Below the pieces are notes generated by a model that was not told the origin of the DNA, made no database searches, and was given only the letters and a program-made list of their open reading frames with translations. DNA of 64,000 nt, taken from assembly GCF_003918875.1 (NCBI RefSeq), contig NW_025766581.1:1-64000 (forward strand), given 5' to 3'. Every line of letters starts with the position of its first letter. Position 1 is the first letter of the stretch. Both the position numbers and the translations under genes were made by a program. Origin of the DNA: Haliotis rubra. Its lineage: Eukaryota. Positions 51,704-63,073 of the stretch are shown in pieces.

Positions 51704-52839
51704 ATGAACATAACAAGGAAAGTTAATATATGCCATCACACACTATATACGTTATTACAAGCATAAAACGTTGAGTGTTGCTTCATATTTTGTTGATTGT
51801 TTAACTAATTAATTTCTTTATGTATTTAGGCCTACGGTAGATCTTGTATTGTGTGTATGTGATGGTGTCGACATAGTGTTAAATCCTTCATATAACCTAC
51901 ATAATATACAGTCAACACTGTTGTGTCGAAGTTGAAGGGTTGTACGTAAATACTTCGAGTTATCCGAGCTTCGACATACATCATACGAAGGGACCAAACC
52001 TTTGCTTCGAGACAACCATGAGTTCGACACAACGTATTTGACTGTGCCATGTATTGACACTTCTGGAAAGTAATTTTAGATGTCGACTATACATTAAGTG
52101 ACTATTTTCTTTTGTTAGTATTACGATTTATTCCAGAATTATATTTTAGAGTCAGTCATAGGCCAGGATGTGTCTATCGGAGTCACATCTAGAAGGGAGG
52201 GCTTGAGGTCTGCTGACCTCATGTTAGTCTAAGCTGGTAACTAAGAGAGGTTATTTCGCACGTTATGTATTTGATGAGTTAGATTGTTGCGTCAATATCA
52301 ACGGAACAAAAACAAACATGACATCACATGTCCGACTCATCAATGTGCTAATGCGTTCACAGGCGTAAGAGTGGCATTGTAAATTTGCAAAGCTTTTCAT
52401 GTTTTGTTTGGGTTGTTTGTTTGTTGTTGTTTTTTTTCATTCTTCTATATTCTCTCCTAACCGTCGATTTATTTAAGTGCGGTTTGCATCGATATCAGCG
52501 TAATTCAGCAAATATTTTTAACTTGAACCCTGACTGTCAGTGACTCATGGATCACAGTCCTGGGTAGCTTGGTACAAGATATGTCCTATCAGTTTATCAG
52601 TAAGGGGGCGTTTTCCATTAAAGTAGGTCACACCGATGAAACCTGACCCGCTGTTAATCCCACTGACCACATCGCGTGTTGAGGATCTGAATACTGCGAG
52701 CACGCTGTGCACACTTGCCTTCAGTCTGACCAAGGTGTAAGTAGGTAAGTACATCACTTTCACGTTGACCCGTGAAGATCTGGGTTAGAATTGGTCTTCA
52801 ATAACCCATGTTTGTCGTAGGAGGTGACTAATGAGATCG

Positions 52840-52941
52840 GGGTGCCGTTGTACAAAACAACCTTAGCGCTAAGTCTACCTTATGTCTATGTTAAGGTATG
52901 GGAGTTACAGTCACCTAAGATCGCTTTGTACAACGGCACCC
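52840..52941. mobile_element. ~100-bp MITE nested inside a family-B repeat
   Basis: TIRs GGGTGCCGTTGTACAAA (52840-52856) and TTTGTACAACGGCACCC (52925-52941) interrupt the gatcgg|gtggtcaggctcgctgac segment of the host repeat. Confidence 0.8.
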
Positions 52942-53624
52942 GGATGGTCAGGCTCGCTGACTTGGCTGACCACATGTCATTGTATCATTCTATTAATTGT
53001 GTAACTTAGTTTATGTTCTAAAGTTTAGAACACGTGGCGTCAGTCTTTAAATGTATTATAACGGGACAGATCGAGTTTGTTTTGGACACGAATCTTTTAA
53101 CAAAAGGTAAATGAAAATCAAGCGGACCGAGGGCTACGGGAAAAGTATTTTTCTATTTCATGGGGGCTTGAATTTTCTCATGTGGGGGAATGGCGACATA
53201 GGAAAAACTTATTTTATGTCAGAACAAATATTCAGTGGGGGCTAGAGATCAGAAGTACAGAACAAAATAAATACAGCCTCAGTGGGATCTCCGTCTCGCT
53301 ATACACGTACAGGAGTTGAATGCATCAACATTACCATGCATGCACACAGTGGCACGAGATGATCATTCTGTGTACTACCCACGAAGATGGAATATTGCTG
53401 ATTCTGGCGTTAAACAACAAGCAAACAAACATTTTGCATACAGTAAGGTTGGTTTTCTTCCACAAATTTTAAGCGACCTCGGAAAGCTGAGCGCCCTATG
53501 CTTTACCTTAACCCTTTAGCAGTTGATGTAACTAATCGAAATACAGCAAGTAACGTGAATTACAACGTTTTTATAACTGATTTCATCATTGAAAGTAGTG
53601 TATTTTGTAGGCACCAGTGCAAAG

Positions 53625-55131
53625 ATGCCTCAAACTCGGTCCAGTCGCAAACGTGACCTCGGTAATCCAGCGATGGGGGTTGAAGTTAAGATGGGTCGAA
53701 TCAGAAGGAATCCCAAATTGCCAAGTGTTGGCAATTCAGAAACAAGTAAGCCGTCTCAACAATCCAACGACAGCGTCGCCATTACGACTCATCCCACGAC
53801 GTCAGACCTCAAGTGTGTCCTGGTGGACCAAGTGGAGTCGTTCTCCAAGGAGGTGGACAAACGGTCAGCGTACGTACAACATTAACAGAGAGTCGTTACG
53901 GAGGCCCGTGAACGCAAGGAATCCAATCAAGCTCGCATTGTGGAAATTGTCAAGGATGCCGTGGATATGATTAAGCACGAGGAAACGAAGCTGATGACAG
54001 AGCTGGATGAAATGACGGAGAAGCAGCTTCAGCAGCTGAATGATGAATTGCTGAAGGAGGAAGCAGACCTGTACAGGTTCCAACAACAATCTGACTTTAT
54101 CAACAAAGCTATGCAGGATGGTAATGGGGCGAATTGTCAGACTTTTCTGGAAGACTTGACGGACATTGGGGATGGGGCGAGCCAGGGGGATGTTGTTCGT
54201 TCAATAAACACAATCACTTTCAATCATGAATCTGAGAAAGTTGGCAAAGCCGTTGAGAACCTGCGCCTGGCGGAGGTTGATTTCACGTACCACGATAACC
54301 CCTTATATGTACCGGTGTTAGTGAACACGATCACCTACACATCTTTGAATGAGAAAGCCCGGGCTATAGATGCAACAGATGTCACTGTTCTCGATGTCGA
54401 TGGGTCGCAGGTACTTGTCGTCACCGATGATAGAAACAACCAACTGATATCTTTCTACACAAGACACAATGGGCCTTGCTATAGTGTTCTTCCACTGGAC
54501 CATTATCACCCGTGGGATTACACGTCTCACAGAGAACAGGGTGATAATAGCTCTACCAAAGATTGCCCAGCTTGTAACAGTAAAAGTGGCCCCTGAACTG
54601 ACCCTCCTGTCAAAAATCACCTGTAAGCGATATTACAACATGGCTGTTCTCAGCCCTTCATCTTTGGTAGCGGGGGGAGGTCAGCACGCTACTGGCTACT
54701 GTGTCGACGTCATTGACATGGAAGGCAATATATTGAGATCAATAACCGGCTCCCTCATCTACCACTCGGCTTACCTCTTCCTCAACAACAGTGGCAACAT
54801 CGTTGTGTCCGACAAAAGTACAAATTCAGTGTTTTGCATGACCCCCGATGGTGACGTGGTGTGGAAACACGACCCCAGCAGGAGCACGCCGTCAATTGGG
54901 TACCCTTTAGGGATCGTCCAGACCAACACCGGGGACGTCCTTGTGTCAGGAGAGAACGGCGGCAACAAGGTGATGCTTCTCACAGGGACCGGGGAGTTTG
55001 TCAGAGACGTCCTCACGGCGGACAATGGTCTTCAGACACCATCTGGACTGTGTCTTGATAAACGTGGTCATTTATTCGTATGTGACGGAAATCATATAAA
55101 AGAGTTTTCCTTCGCTGTACAGAAGCAGTGA
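53625..55131 (+). pseudogene. Divergent coiled-coil + NHL gene lacking RING/B-boxes in this exon; in-frame TAA at 53883-53885 and +1 frameshift at ~54506
   Basis: Acceptor ttttgtag ends at 53610 and ATG is at 53625. ORFs 53589 and 53940 share a frame. The coiled coil (IKHEETKLMTELDEM..LQ..EE..LYRFQQQSDFINKAM) and propeller (TVLDVDG..VVTD..NN..SFYTR..C.S.LPLD; GNIVVSD; GEFVRDVL; IKEFSF) are homologous to copies C-G. Confidence 0.85.
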
Positions 55132-55419
55132 TACCTACCTCGTCATGTGCGGGTCTTCGGTGTGACGAGCGATTGATTAACCCCTAGCCTACCCCACCGC
55201 CCCTCGTAAGTTATTGACATCAAGTGATGTAATGAATCTGATCAATCTCTCCCTCTCTCTCTCTCTCTCTCTACTTATATTGTAGACGTCCCGAAACACT
55301 TGTCCAGTTTCTACTGATAAATGATTCAAACTGTCGTTAATGGCAAATATTGCTTCGATGTCATGTTTAATGTGAACAAATAAATAAAGGTTTGTGTCAC
55401 CATCGAATGTGAGTATTGG

Positions 55420-57252
55420 TATTCTAACATCTCTGCTCATGAAACGCTGATAGCAAGGACATATGTATGACATTGGATCCAGCAGCACGTAAGAGTGGAG
55501 TAAGTTGTTGTATACAGAGCATGGACGTTTCTTCAGTATGATATCCTGTTTATTTGTTCTCTGGTGAGATTTTAAGTGAGTCCTCTGATTCAATCAAGAA
55601 TGACTTGACCTGCAACTATATATAGGAAATGTACTGTGAAGCAGAGAGAGAAAGAGTCAATTGCATCACACCTTTACGTTTCTTTGAATATTACATCACA
55701 GTAATCATGTTCATACTTTGCTGAAATATTTTCATCCAACCGAAAAACAGTCCATAAAGAATTAGATGTGCTTTAATTAATTATTGCAGTTTGCAGTTTG
55801 CAGTTTGCACACCTTTTTTCGATTCATAACTCAGTGAACCGAGAAAAAAGGAACTCCGTCAATCCTTCTGATTCAATTGTTCCGATAAAGATATCTACAA
55901 CACTTTCATAAAAACGCCCTATACATTAAAGCTGACAGAAAATACGAGAATGAATTCATACTGTGGCGTAACGTGTGTAAGGTTATTGTTGTTAATTTAT
56001 GCACATAACGCCAGTAGCCGATCAGCGGAGAGTAGCATAGGCCGACAGGACCCATCGATCACAGTGGGAGGCTAGCAGAACTACAAACGTCAGACTGGAA
56101 CGAACGAACAAACATGTCAGGAAGAAGGTTTCTATTTTACTTGAGATGGTCAGTAACTGCCAAATTCAAGCATTGGTTTCCTGAAAACGAGCGGACACAT
56201 TTAAAAAAATACTACTTGAGAATAGAACCCGAACACATGTTCTTCGTGTAACTCAAAATAAACATCAAGACAGCGAGCCTTCAGTTCCTGCAGGGATGTT
56301 AATGTATTCCTTTCTGTATCGAAAGATGGGTGAGTGATCCTGCATATAGATGAACATTGCCCAAATGCCCTGTAGACGATTGACACAGGTAAAAGGAAAG
56401 GGTTGGTTTGTTGTTTAAAGCTGCACTCAGCAATATTCCAGCTATATGGCGGCGGTTTGTAAATAATCGAGTCTGGACCAGACAATCCAGTGATCAACAG
56501 CATGAGCGTCGATCTTCGCAATTAGAATGACATTTTCGAACCAAGTCAGCGAGTCTGACTGCCCAACCGCCTCTTACGACAAGCATGGGTTGCTGAAAAT
56601 CAATTTTAACCGGATCTTCACGGATCAAACAAAAAGGGACTGGTCTCGATTGTAGCCGATATTCTCCAACAATCTATAGCAGTAAAAGTAGTCCGCTTTG
56701 GTCCGCTTTTCACATTCATTGGGAAATCAATGCAATAACACGTGACCAGTTCAGCCATAAGGAATTTAGTAACTGCAATGTACACAATGAAATTATTTTT
56801 TATCAAATTAACTAAGATCACAAATCATTATAAGGTTAGCACAGTAGTAGTACAGATTCAAACTCGGTAATAATAGAAGGGCAGTGATTACAGCAATGTG
56901 GTAATATTCACTTTCATCATCAATATTCCTGCTTGATTGGCATTTTAGAAAATGCTATTTGATGAATCTATGTTCATCAATATTCCTACTTGCAAGAAAT
57001 ACAGAGTTTCCAGGGTACAATGACCATCACACACAATGCTGAGACGAGAGGCAAGAGTTAGCTCCCCTCATATACCGAAGACGAAGACTCCAGTGGATTC
57101 TCCAATAACCTATGGGGTTTAACATATGTTATATTTGGGATTACACTTTCTTAGTAGAGTTCATATTCTAGTACTTTGGGGTGGGGGGGTGGGTGGGTTG
57201 AGTCCCATCCGGGACTCGAGCCCACATCCTCAGAGTCAGGCACCTAATCGCC
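55420..57252 (+). repeat. Segmental duplication of ~29848-32535
   Basis: Colinear high identity (attctaacatctctgctcatgaaac ... cagagtcaggcacctaatcgcc), minus the element inserted at 29937-30678. Confidence 0.88.
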
Positions 57253-60200
57253 TGATGGAATTTTCATTGTTCAAGCACGGACTGTGATCGTGTTGCACGT
57301 GCATTACAACTTTAACTGAGTAAAACGTATTTATATATGGAAAAAAGTAATAATATACGGATTTCTATGGCATATAGCAAGAACTTAAACTTCATCGTTT
57401 ATGTTCCATTTTAACTTTATGTTTGACATTATGTAGGAACCTAACAGTTGCAAACAGGAAAGCTGCAACATATAGTTTAGAACGCATACCTCGGGAGGTG
57501 ATATCATGAACTCAAACGAGCAATCATTTACCAACATCATAAGTGATGGGGGCATATTTAACTTTATCGGTAATTCTTTGCGTTACCCCAAAACAAATGC
57601 AAAACAGTACAACTAAAACATACTGGATAATTTACAAACGTAATTTATGACATTGAATATGCTCATCGTGGACTGATTTTATCGGACACAACACAAACAT
57701 GAAACATCCAGTAAGAAAAGGCCATGGAAAGAAATGATCACCATTTTATAACTAGAAATTAATTGCAGTCTGAGATTTGGAATGGCAGAGAAAACCATTC
57801 ATCTTATACCCTGATATGCGGATGATCTAATCGTCACCAATGTCACGGGGATGTAATTATTGTTGTCCTGTTTGTTTGTTTGTTTGTTGTTTAACACTCA
57901 ACTCAGCGATATTCCAGCTCTATGGCGGACTATTGTAAATAATCGAGTCTGGACCAGTCAATCCCGAGATCACCATCATGATAATCGATCTTGGCGATTG
58001 GGATACGATGACATGTGTCAACCTGTTAGTCGTCTCTTAGGACAAGTATGGGATCACTTCTAACCCGGATCTTCATGGGGTTTTAAGTACTACACAGAGG
58101 ACGTCCGATCCTGGCAACGACTATATGTTGACAATAGGAAGACTGAAGGTAAACTAATCATTTGAAAGATGTCTGATCTCTCCTTCTGGAAACAAAGAGA
58201 CTGCACAGAGAAAGAATACTTTATCACTAAGACATTAGTGGATCTTCAAACAATATTTACCTGTGTGAAACATACCTGTAGTCCTGACGCGTTCGCTACG
58301 TTCCGTTTTCCATACACAGAGAACAACACATAACTGCAGAAGGAAATAATGGCTTATACTTTCGATATGACATTTGACTTGCACATAAATAACTTGACTG
58401 TTGGAAGGTTGAAGACATCCTCTTGTTATAAAGTCGTGTGGAAAGTGTCATTCTAAATCTTTAGGGATAAATATACAGAGATGACACGTTTCACCGGCCT
58501 CGTGCATTTACAGTTCATTTGGGCAAAGGGAAGTGGAAGGGAACTAGCTATTTGGTGGCCATTGAATGATTTAAAATATCGCTCTACCTCAAGCTTAGGA
58601 TTTTTATCTTAAAAAAGAAAGTAAGCACATGCCGCTTCATCGGGAACTTTATAGGAAATGCATGCCGTTCAACTCTGGTTTGTGACACTTCAGTATTGCT
58701 GTGTGTGTTTTCTTCAGTCCTAAATTCATTAACAGTGCAGGAAAGAGTCTTGCAATAATGGAAGGGAGACAACACTACCGATATTATTTCGAGGTCCCAG
58801 CGAGCGGTGTTAATGTACTCCATAGAGGAAGTAAGCGCTTAAAAGAGGCTAAACAACATATACATGTTGAACAAGTGAACCGCTAGAGCGAGAGACACTG
58901 ACACATCGTGTACGTAGGGAGTGCTGCTCCGCCTGCACCTCGCCAGCAACAGCTGACATCAGTCTGCTAAACATGTTTCTCAATGTGGCTATGTCAATAT
59001 AACATTCCGAATAACTTTTTCCTCACTGTATTTTTTAAAATTAGAATTTGAATAACCAGGGTATTTTTTGTTCTCTTTGAATTAGTGCTCCGAGAAGTCA
59101 ATGGGAGTAACAGTTACAAAACATATGCATTTCTTGATTTTAAAAAACGGTTTGCAACATGTCATACTTTTTCAGACTTCCCATAAGATTCTAGCTGTTC
59201 GGGATTTTAAAACACTAAAATTATTGCCTTTGGTTGGAAAGTTTGTCGAGTGAAAGGAGGTGTCACCGTGCCAATTCATTACAAGAGTTAGCCTAATTTG
59301 AGAGAACGCATGTCCCAGAATCGATATTAAACTCAAATATAGTAGACAATTTGAGTTTGAAGAATAGAGTACTAAATTGTTTGAGCTCTTTTATTTTAAA
59401 AAGGCAGCCAAGTTAGAAATTCAGCTGTTTCAAATTGTAAAACTCAGTTTGAAATTGGAGTAAAAACTTAAATTTGTTTCGAGAAATCGGGTCCAGATAC
59501 AGCCTACAAATTCAGTATATGTGACCCATGTAATCACTAAGTAGGGAACACAGGGAGTGGGTGAAGGACAGGGAAATAATTGTAACAAGTATTGTTCATG
59601 TTGTTTCCAACTTTTTCTGAAAGTTGTTTTATGGGACATTTAATTTGTTTGGTACTTCAATGAAAATGTGATACTGTGTTGCTGCTGTGTAGATGCCCTG
59701 CGTCGACGTTTCCTTTGGGTTGTGTTGACAAATTACGTGAATTTCCTGTGAACGAGTGGGGCGAGTGGTGGCGAGTGGTGACGAATGCATAATATTATAC
59801 GGAAAAGGGCGAGTTCAACCGATTGTGACAAACCATGCTCGAGCACACAGCCAGCGGAAAGGTAGACTTTCTGAAGAGTACATGTTGTGAAACTAACCAC
59901 TCCTACTGGTATTGTGTTTTGTCTATTGTTATTCATTATCTAACAGAAGTCTACGAGTGTCAATACGTTTTGAAATCAGTGATAATAGTGAGAATTTAAC
60001 AGGGAAGTTGTCTACTTTCGTTATCACTATAAACGATGGCCTCGCGATGGTGTTGTAACATGCAGCAATGGAGCTAACTGGGTAAATCTAATTATACAAG
60101 GCTATTATCATTGACTGGTTCATTGAGTTGAAAATTTATCAGTGTTCAGGTGTTATTTCGGTGAAAGTATCCATTCAATCGTTCCTACTTCTGTGTTTTG

Positions 60201-60937
60201 TGCGACAACTTACTGTCTGTGGCTAGGGGGCGTGTCGAGCATGTGCATTGTGAGTGTTTGCCTTTGAAAGGGGTCGAGGTTATCCGTGAGTGAATAGATA
60301 ACATGTAATGCTCCAAGTCGTGGCGGTGCAGATATGTGTGTTGTGTTTGCCACGCCTGATCATCATGACAGGAATGTAGGTTTTGTCCGAACTTCCCTGT
60401 TAATATACTGTTCAATATAGACAGTCAGAGAAAACACTGTGTATACCTTAATAGGGAACGGGAAGGACAGTCCATGACATCATCACCAGTGTTAGTAATA
60501 ACATGGTGGGGCTCGACGTTGTCATAGTAACATGTCAGTCCAGGACCATGTAGCTGCATATATGGCCGAAGATGATGGGTGAAAACCTGGTCTCGATACT
60601 GTATGGTAGTAACATATTCCTGGACGACAATCAGCTGAGATTTCGACCATTGGCACGAATACGTTCCCAAAATTATTACGGATTTGCATGGTAAATAATA
60701 AGGTCAATAAGATGTCAGTGTTCCCAGTCTGACTGCTCAGATATAGATAGATAGATAGATGATAGACATGTAGATAGATATCTGTTTATATTTACTATGT
60801 GTCTGTGTGTGTGCGCGTGTTCGTGTACAGCTTCACATACAGATGCGCGTCTGTTCAGATTTTTCATTGCTGCTTGTACTGAATCTAAGTAATTTCTATT
60901 AAACTAAGAAGGCAGAAACTGCATGTGTATCTTGCAG

Positions 60938-63073
60938 ATGGCGACCGCCGGGCTAGAGAAGAAAGTAAAGGATAATTTCCTGACTTGCTCCATCTGCTTG
61001 GAGATGTACACAGACCCGTCTACACTGAGGTGTGATCACACATTCTGCAGGAAATGTGTCACCTCATACATCCAAACCAGACCTGATGCTGTACAGTCCA
61101 AGACCATCCCCTGTCCCTGCTGTCGACAAGACACCAAGGTCCCCCACCCCAGCAGGCCGGTGGAGGAGTGGGCGGGGCAGATCAAACCCAGCATCATTAT
61201 ACAGGGGCTGATTGACACCTATAGGTCCGAGGTGGCTGTGCAAGGTAAAGTGAAAATATGATATGCGTGTGTGCGTGTGCCTGCGTGTGTGTGTGTGTAT
61301 TTAAAACCAGTGGTAGACATAACATTGACATATGTGTGTGTAAACAAATACCCTGCTTCCATTCGTAGCCTTTTCAAATTGCGATGAAAACATGTACATA
61401 TGTACTTGTTTTACAGGGACCTCAAGCACCTGTTGTACGATCTGTCAGCAACTAGGGGAAACAACTCCAGGGGCCTTGTGGTGTGCTGAGTGTGAAGTGG
61501 CCCTCTGTGACAAATGTGTGAAGATACACCGAGTGACACCGAATTCATTGAACCATGACCTGTGTGATCTGTCGTCTAGGTCAAAGGTCAAACGGAGGAT
61601 CAAGTGTACGGAACACAAGAGTAACCGTGTTGAGTTCCACTGTCAAGACTGTGGGAAGGCTGCCTGTCAGACATGTTGTATCATATACCACAGAGCTTGT
61701 AAGACTGTCGTCACCATTGAGTCTATGAAGCCAGGGATGAAGGCAGCACTGATGGAGAAGAGACTTGGCATGGAGAAGAGACTGAAAGTGAGGTCAAAGA
61801 AAGTAGACATACGAAACGAGAAACTCGAAAGTAGTTCTAGAATCACAGAGTCAGCTGTTCAAAATATAAGGTTGATCTGCCAGACAGCGATTAACAAGAT
61901 TAAACAGAAGGAAACACAACTCTTGGATGAACTGAATACCATATCACAGACATACGCCGACCAACTCCAAGCTGATGTGAAGCTGGAAGAGATCGAGATG
62001 CAGATGTACAGACAACACTGTGTGTTCATTGACCATGCCTTGGTATCGGACTGTGAGATGGACCTGTATGACGCGTATCAGGCCTGGGAGTCTGGAGCTG
62101 TAGAGATGGAGGATGTCAGGGATACAGAGGCAGCAGACACCCGGAGAATAGCTGAGATCAGGTTTATACCTAACACTTTCAGGGTCCTGAAGACCCTAGA
62201 TAAACTGCAGTTTGGGAAAATTGGGGTCACATACCAGGGCACATGTCTACTGTCTCCAGTGCTGGTTGACACGATAGATGTGAGGGTGGAGAGTGATAAG
62301 ATGAGCCCTGTCTTAAGGTGCATAACAGTCCTGGCTGTAGATGATATACAGACATGTGTTGTCACTGACTGTTATAACAATTGCCTGAAATCTTTGTACA
62401 TTAGAGACAATCATCCATGTCACAGTAAACTTCCCCTGGATAACTCACCATTTGGGATGACACAATTGAAGCAGAAGCAGGTGATGGTTGCTGTCCCTGA
62501 ATCCCGCCAGATTGTAACGGTAGAGGTGACCCCCTGACCTGATGCTGCTCTCAACCATCCTCACTAACAATACTTACTACAGTCTGGCTGTTCTGAACTT
62601 TTCATCTCTGGCAGCAGGTGGCAAGGATTGTCATGGTTACGGTATTGTTGAAATCCTGGACATGTCTGGACACGTGTTGAGGACAATCACTGCACACAAT
62701 GATGTCTCACTGTTTACCTACCCCAGGCACATGTGTGTCAACAACAAGGGCAACATACTCGTGTCTGACTGGGGGAACAAGACTGTGACATGTCTGACGT
62801 CCGAGGGGGATGTTTTATGGAGATACAACCGTACCGGAGACAAGCCACTCAGCTACCCTCGTGGTATCACAACTACCACTACAGGAGACATCCTGGTTGT
62901 AGATAGGAACACAGACAAGGTGATACAGCTGACAGAGTCGGGGGGAGTTTGTCAGTGAACTGCTCACGTTAGAAGATGGCGATCAGACAGGCATGTGCGA
63001 TATATTTTGTGATAAATACGGTTTCTTATTTCTATGCACAGACACGGAAGTGAAAGAGTACGTGTTTGTCTGA
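60938..63073 (+). CDS. TRIM-NHL E3 ligase copy G; exons 60938-61244 and 61417-63073; two +1 homopolymer frameshifts (C5 at 62530-62534, G6 at 62940-62945)
   Basis: All domains are present and the intron is canonical. Correcting both runs gives 653 aa, the same length as copy F. Confidence 0.88.

Noticed and set aside
19088-62365. Recurrent antisense ORFs (MSISPCI.., MELLV.., MSVHRNKK.., MLETTYL..)
   Set aside because: They are shadows of the duplicated + strand TRIM sequence; recurrence reflects DNA duplication, not independent coding.
18990-63073. Diversity-generating retroelement-like mechanism for the variable loops
   Set aside because: There is no template-repeat/variable-repeat pair with adenine-specific changes and no intact RT; the only RT-related sequence is a deleted LINE.
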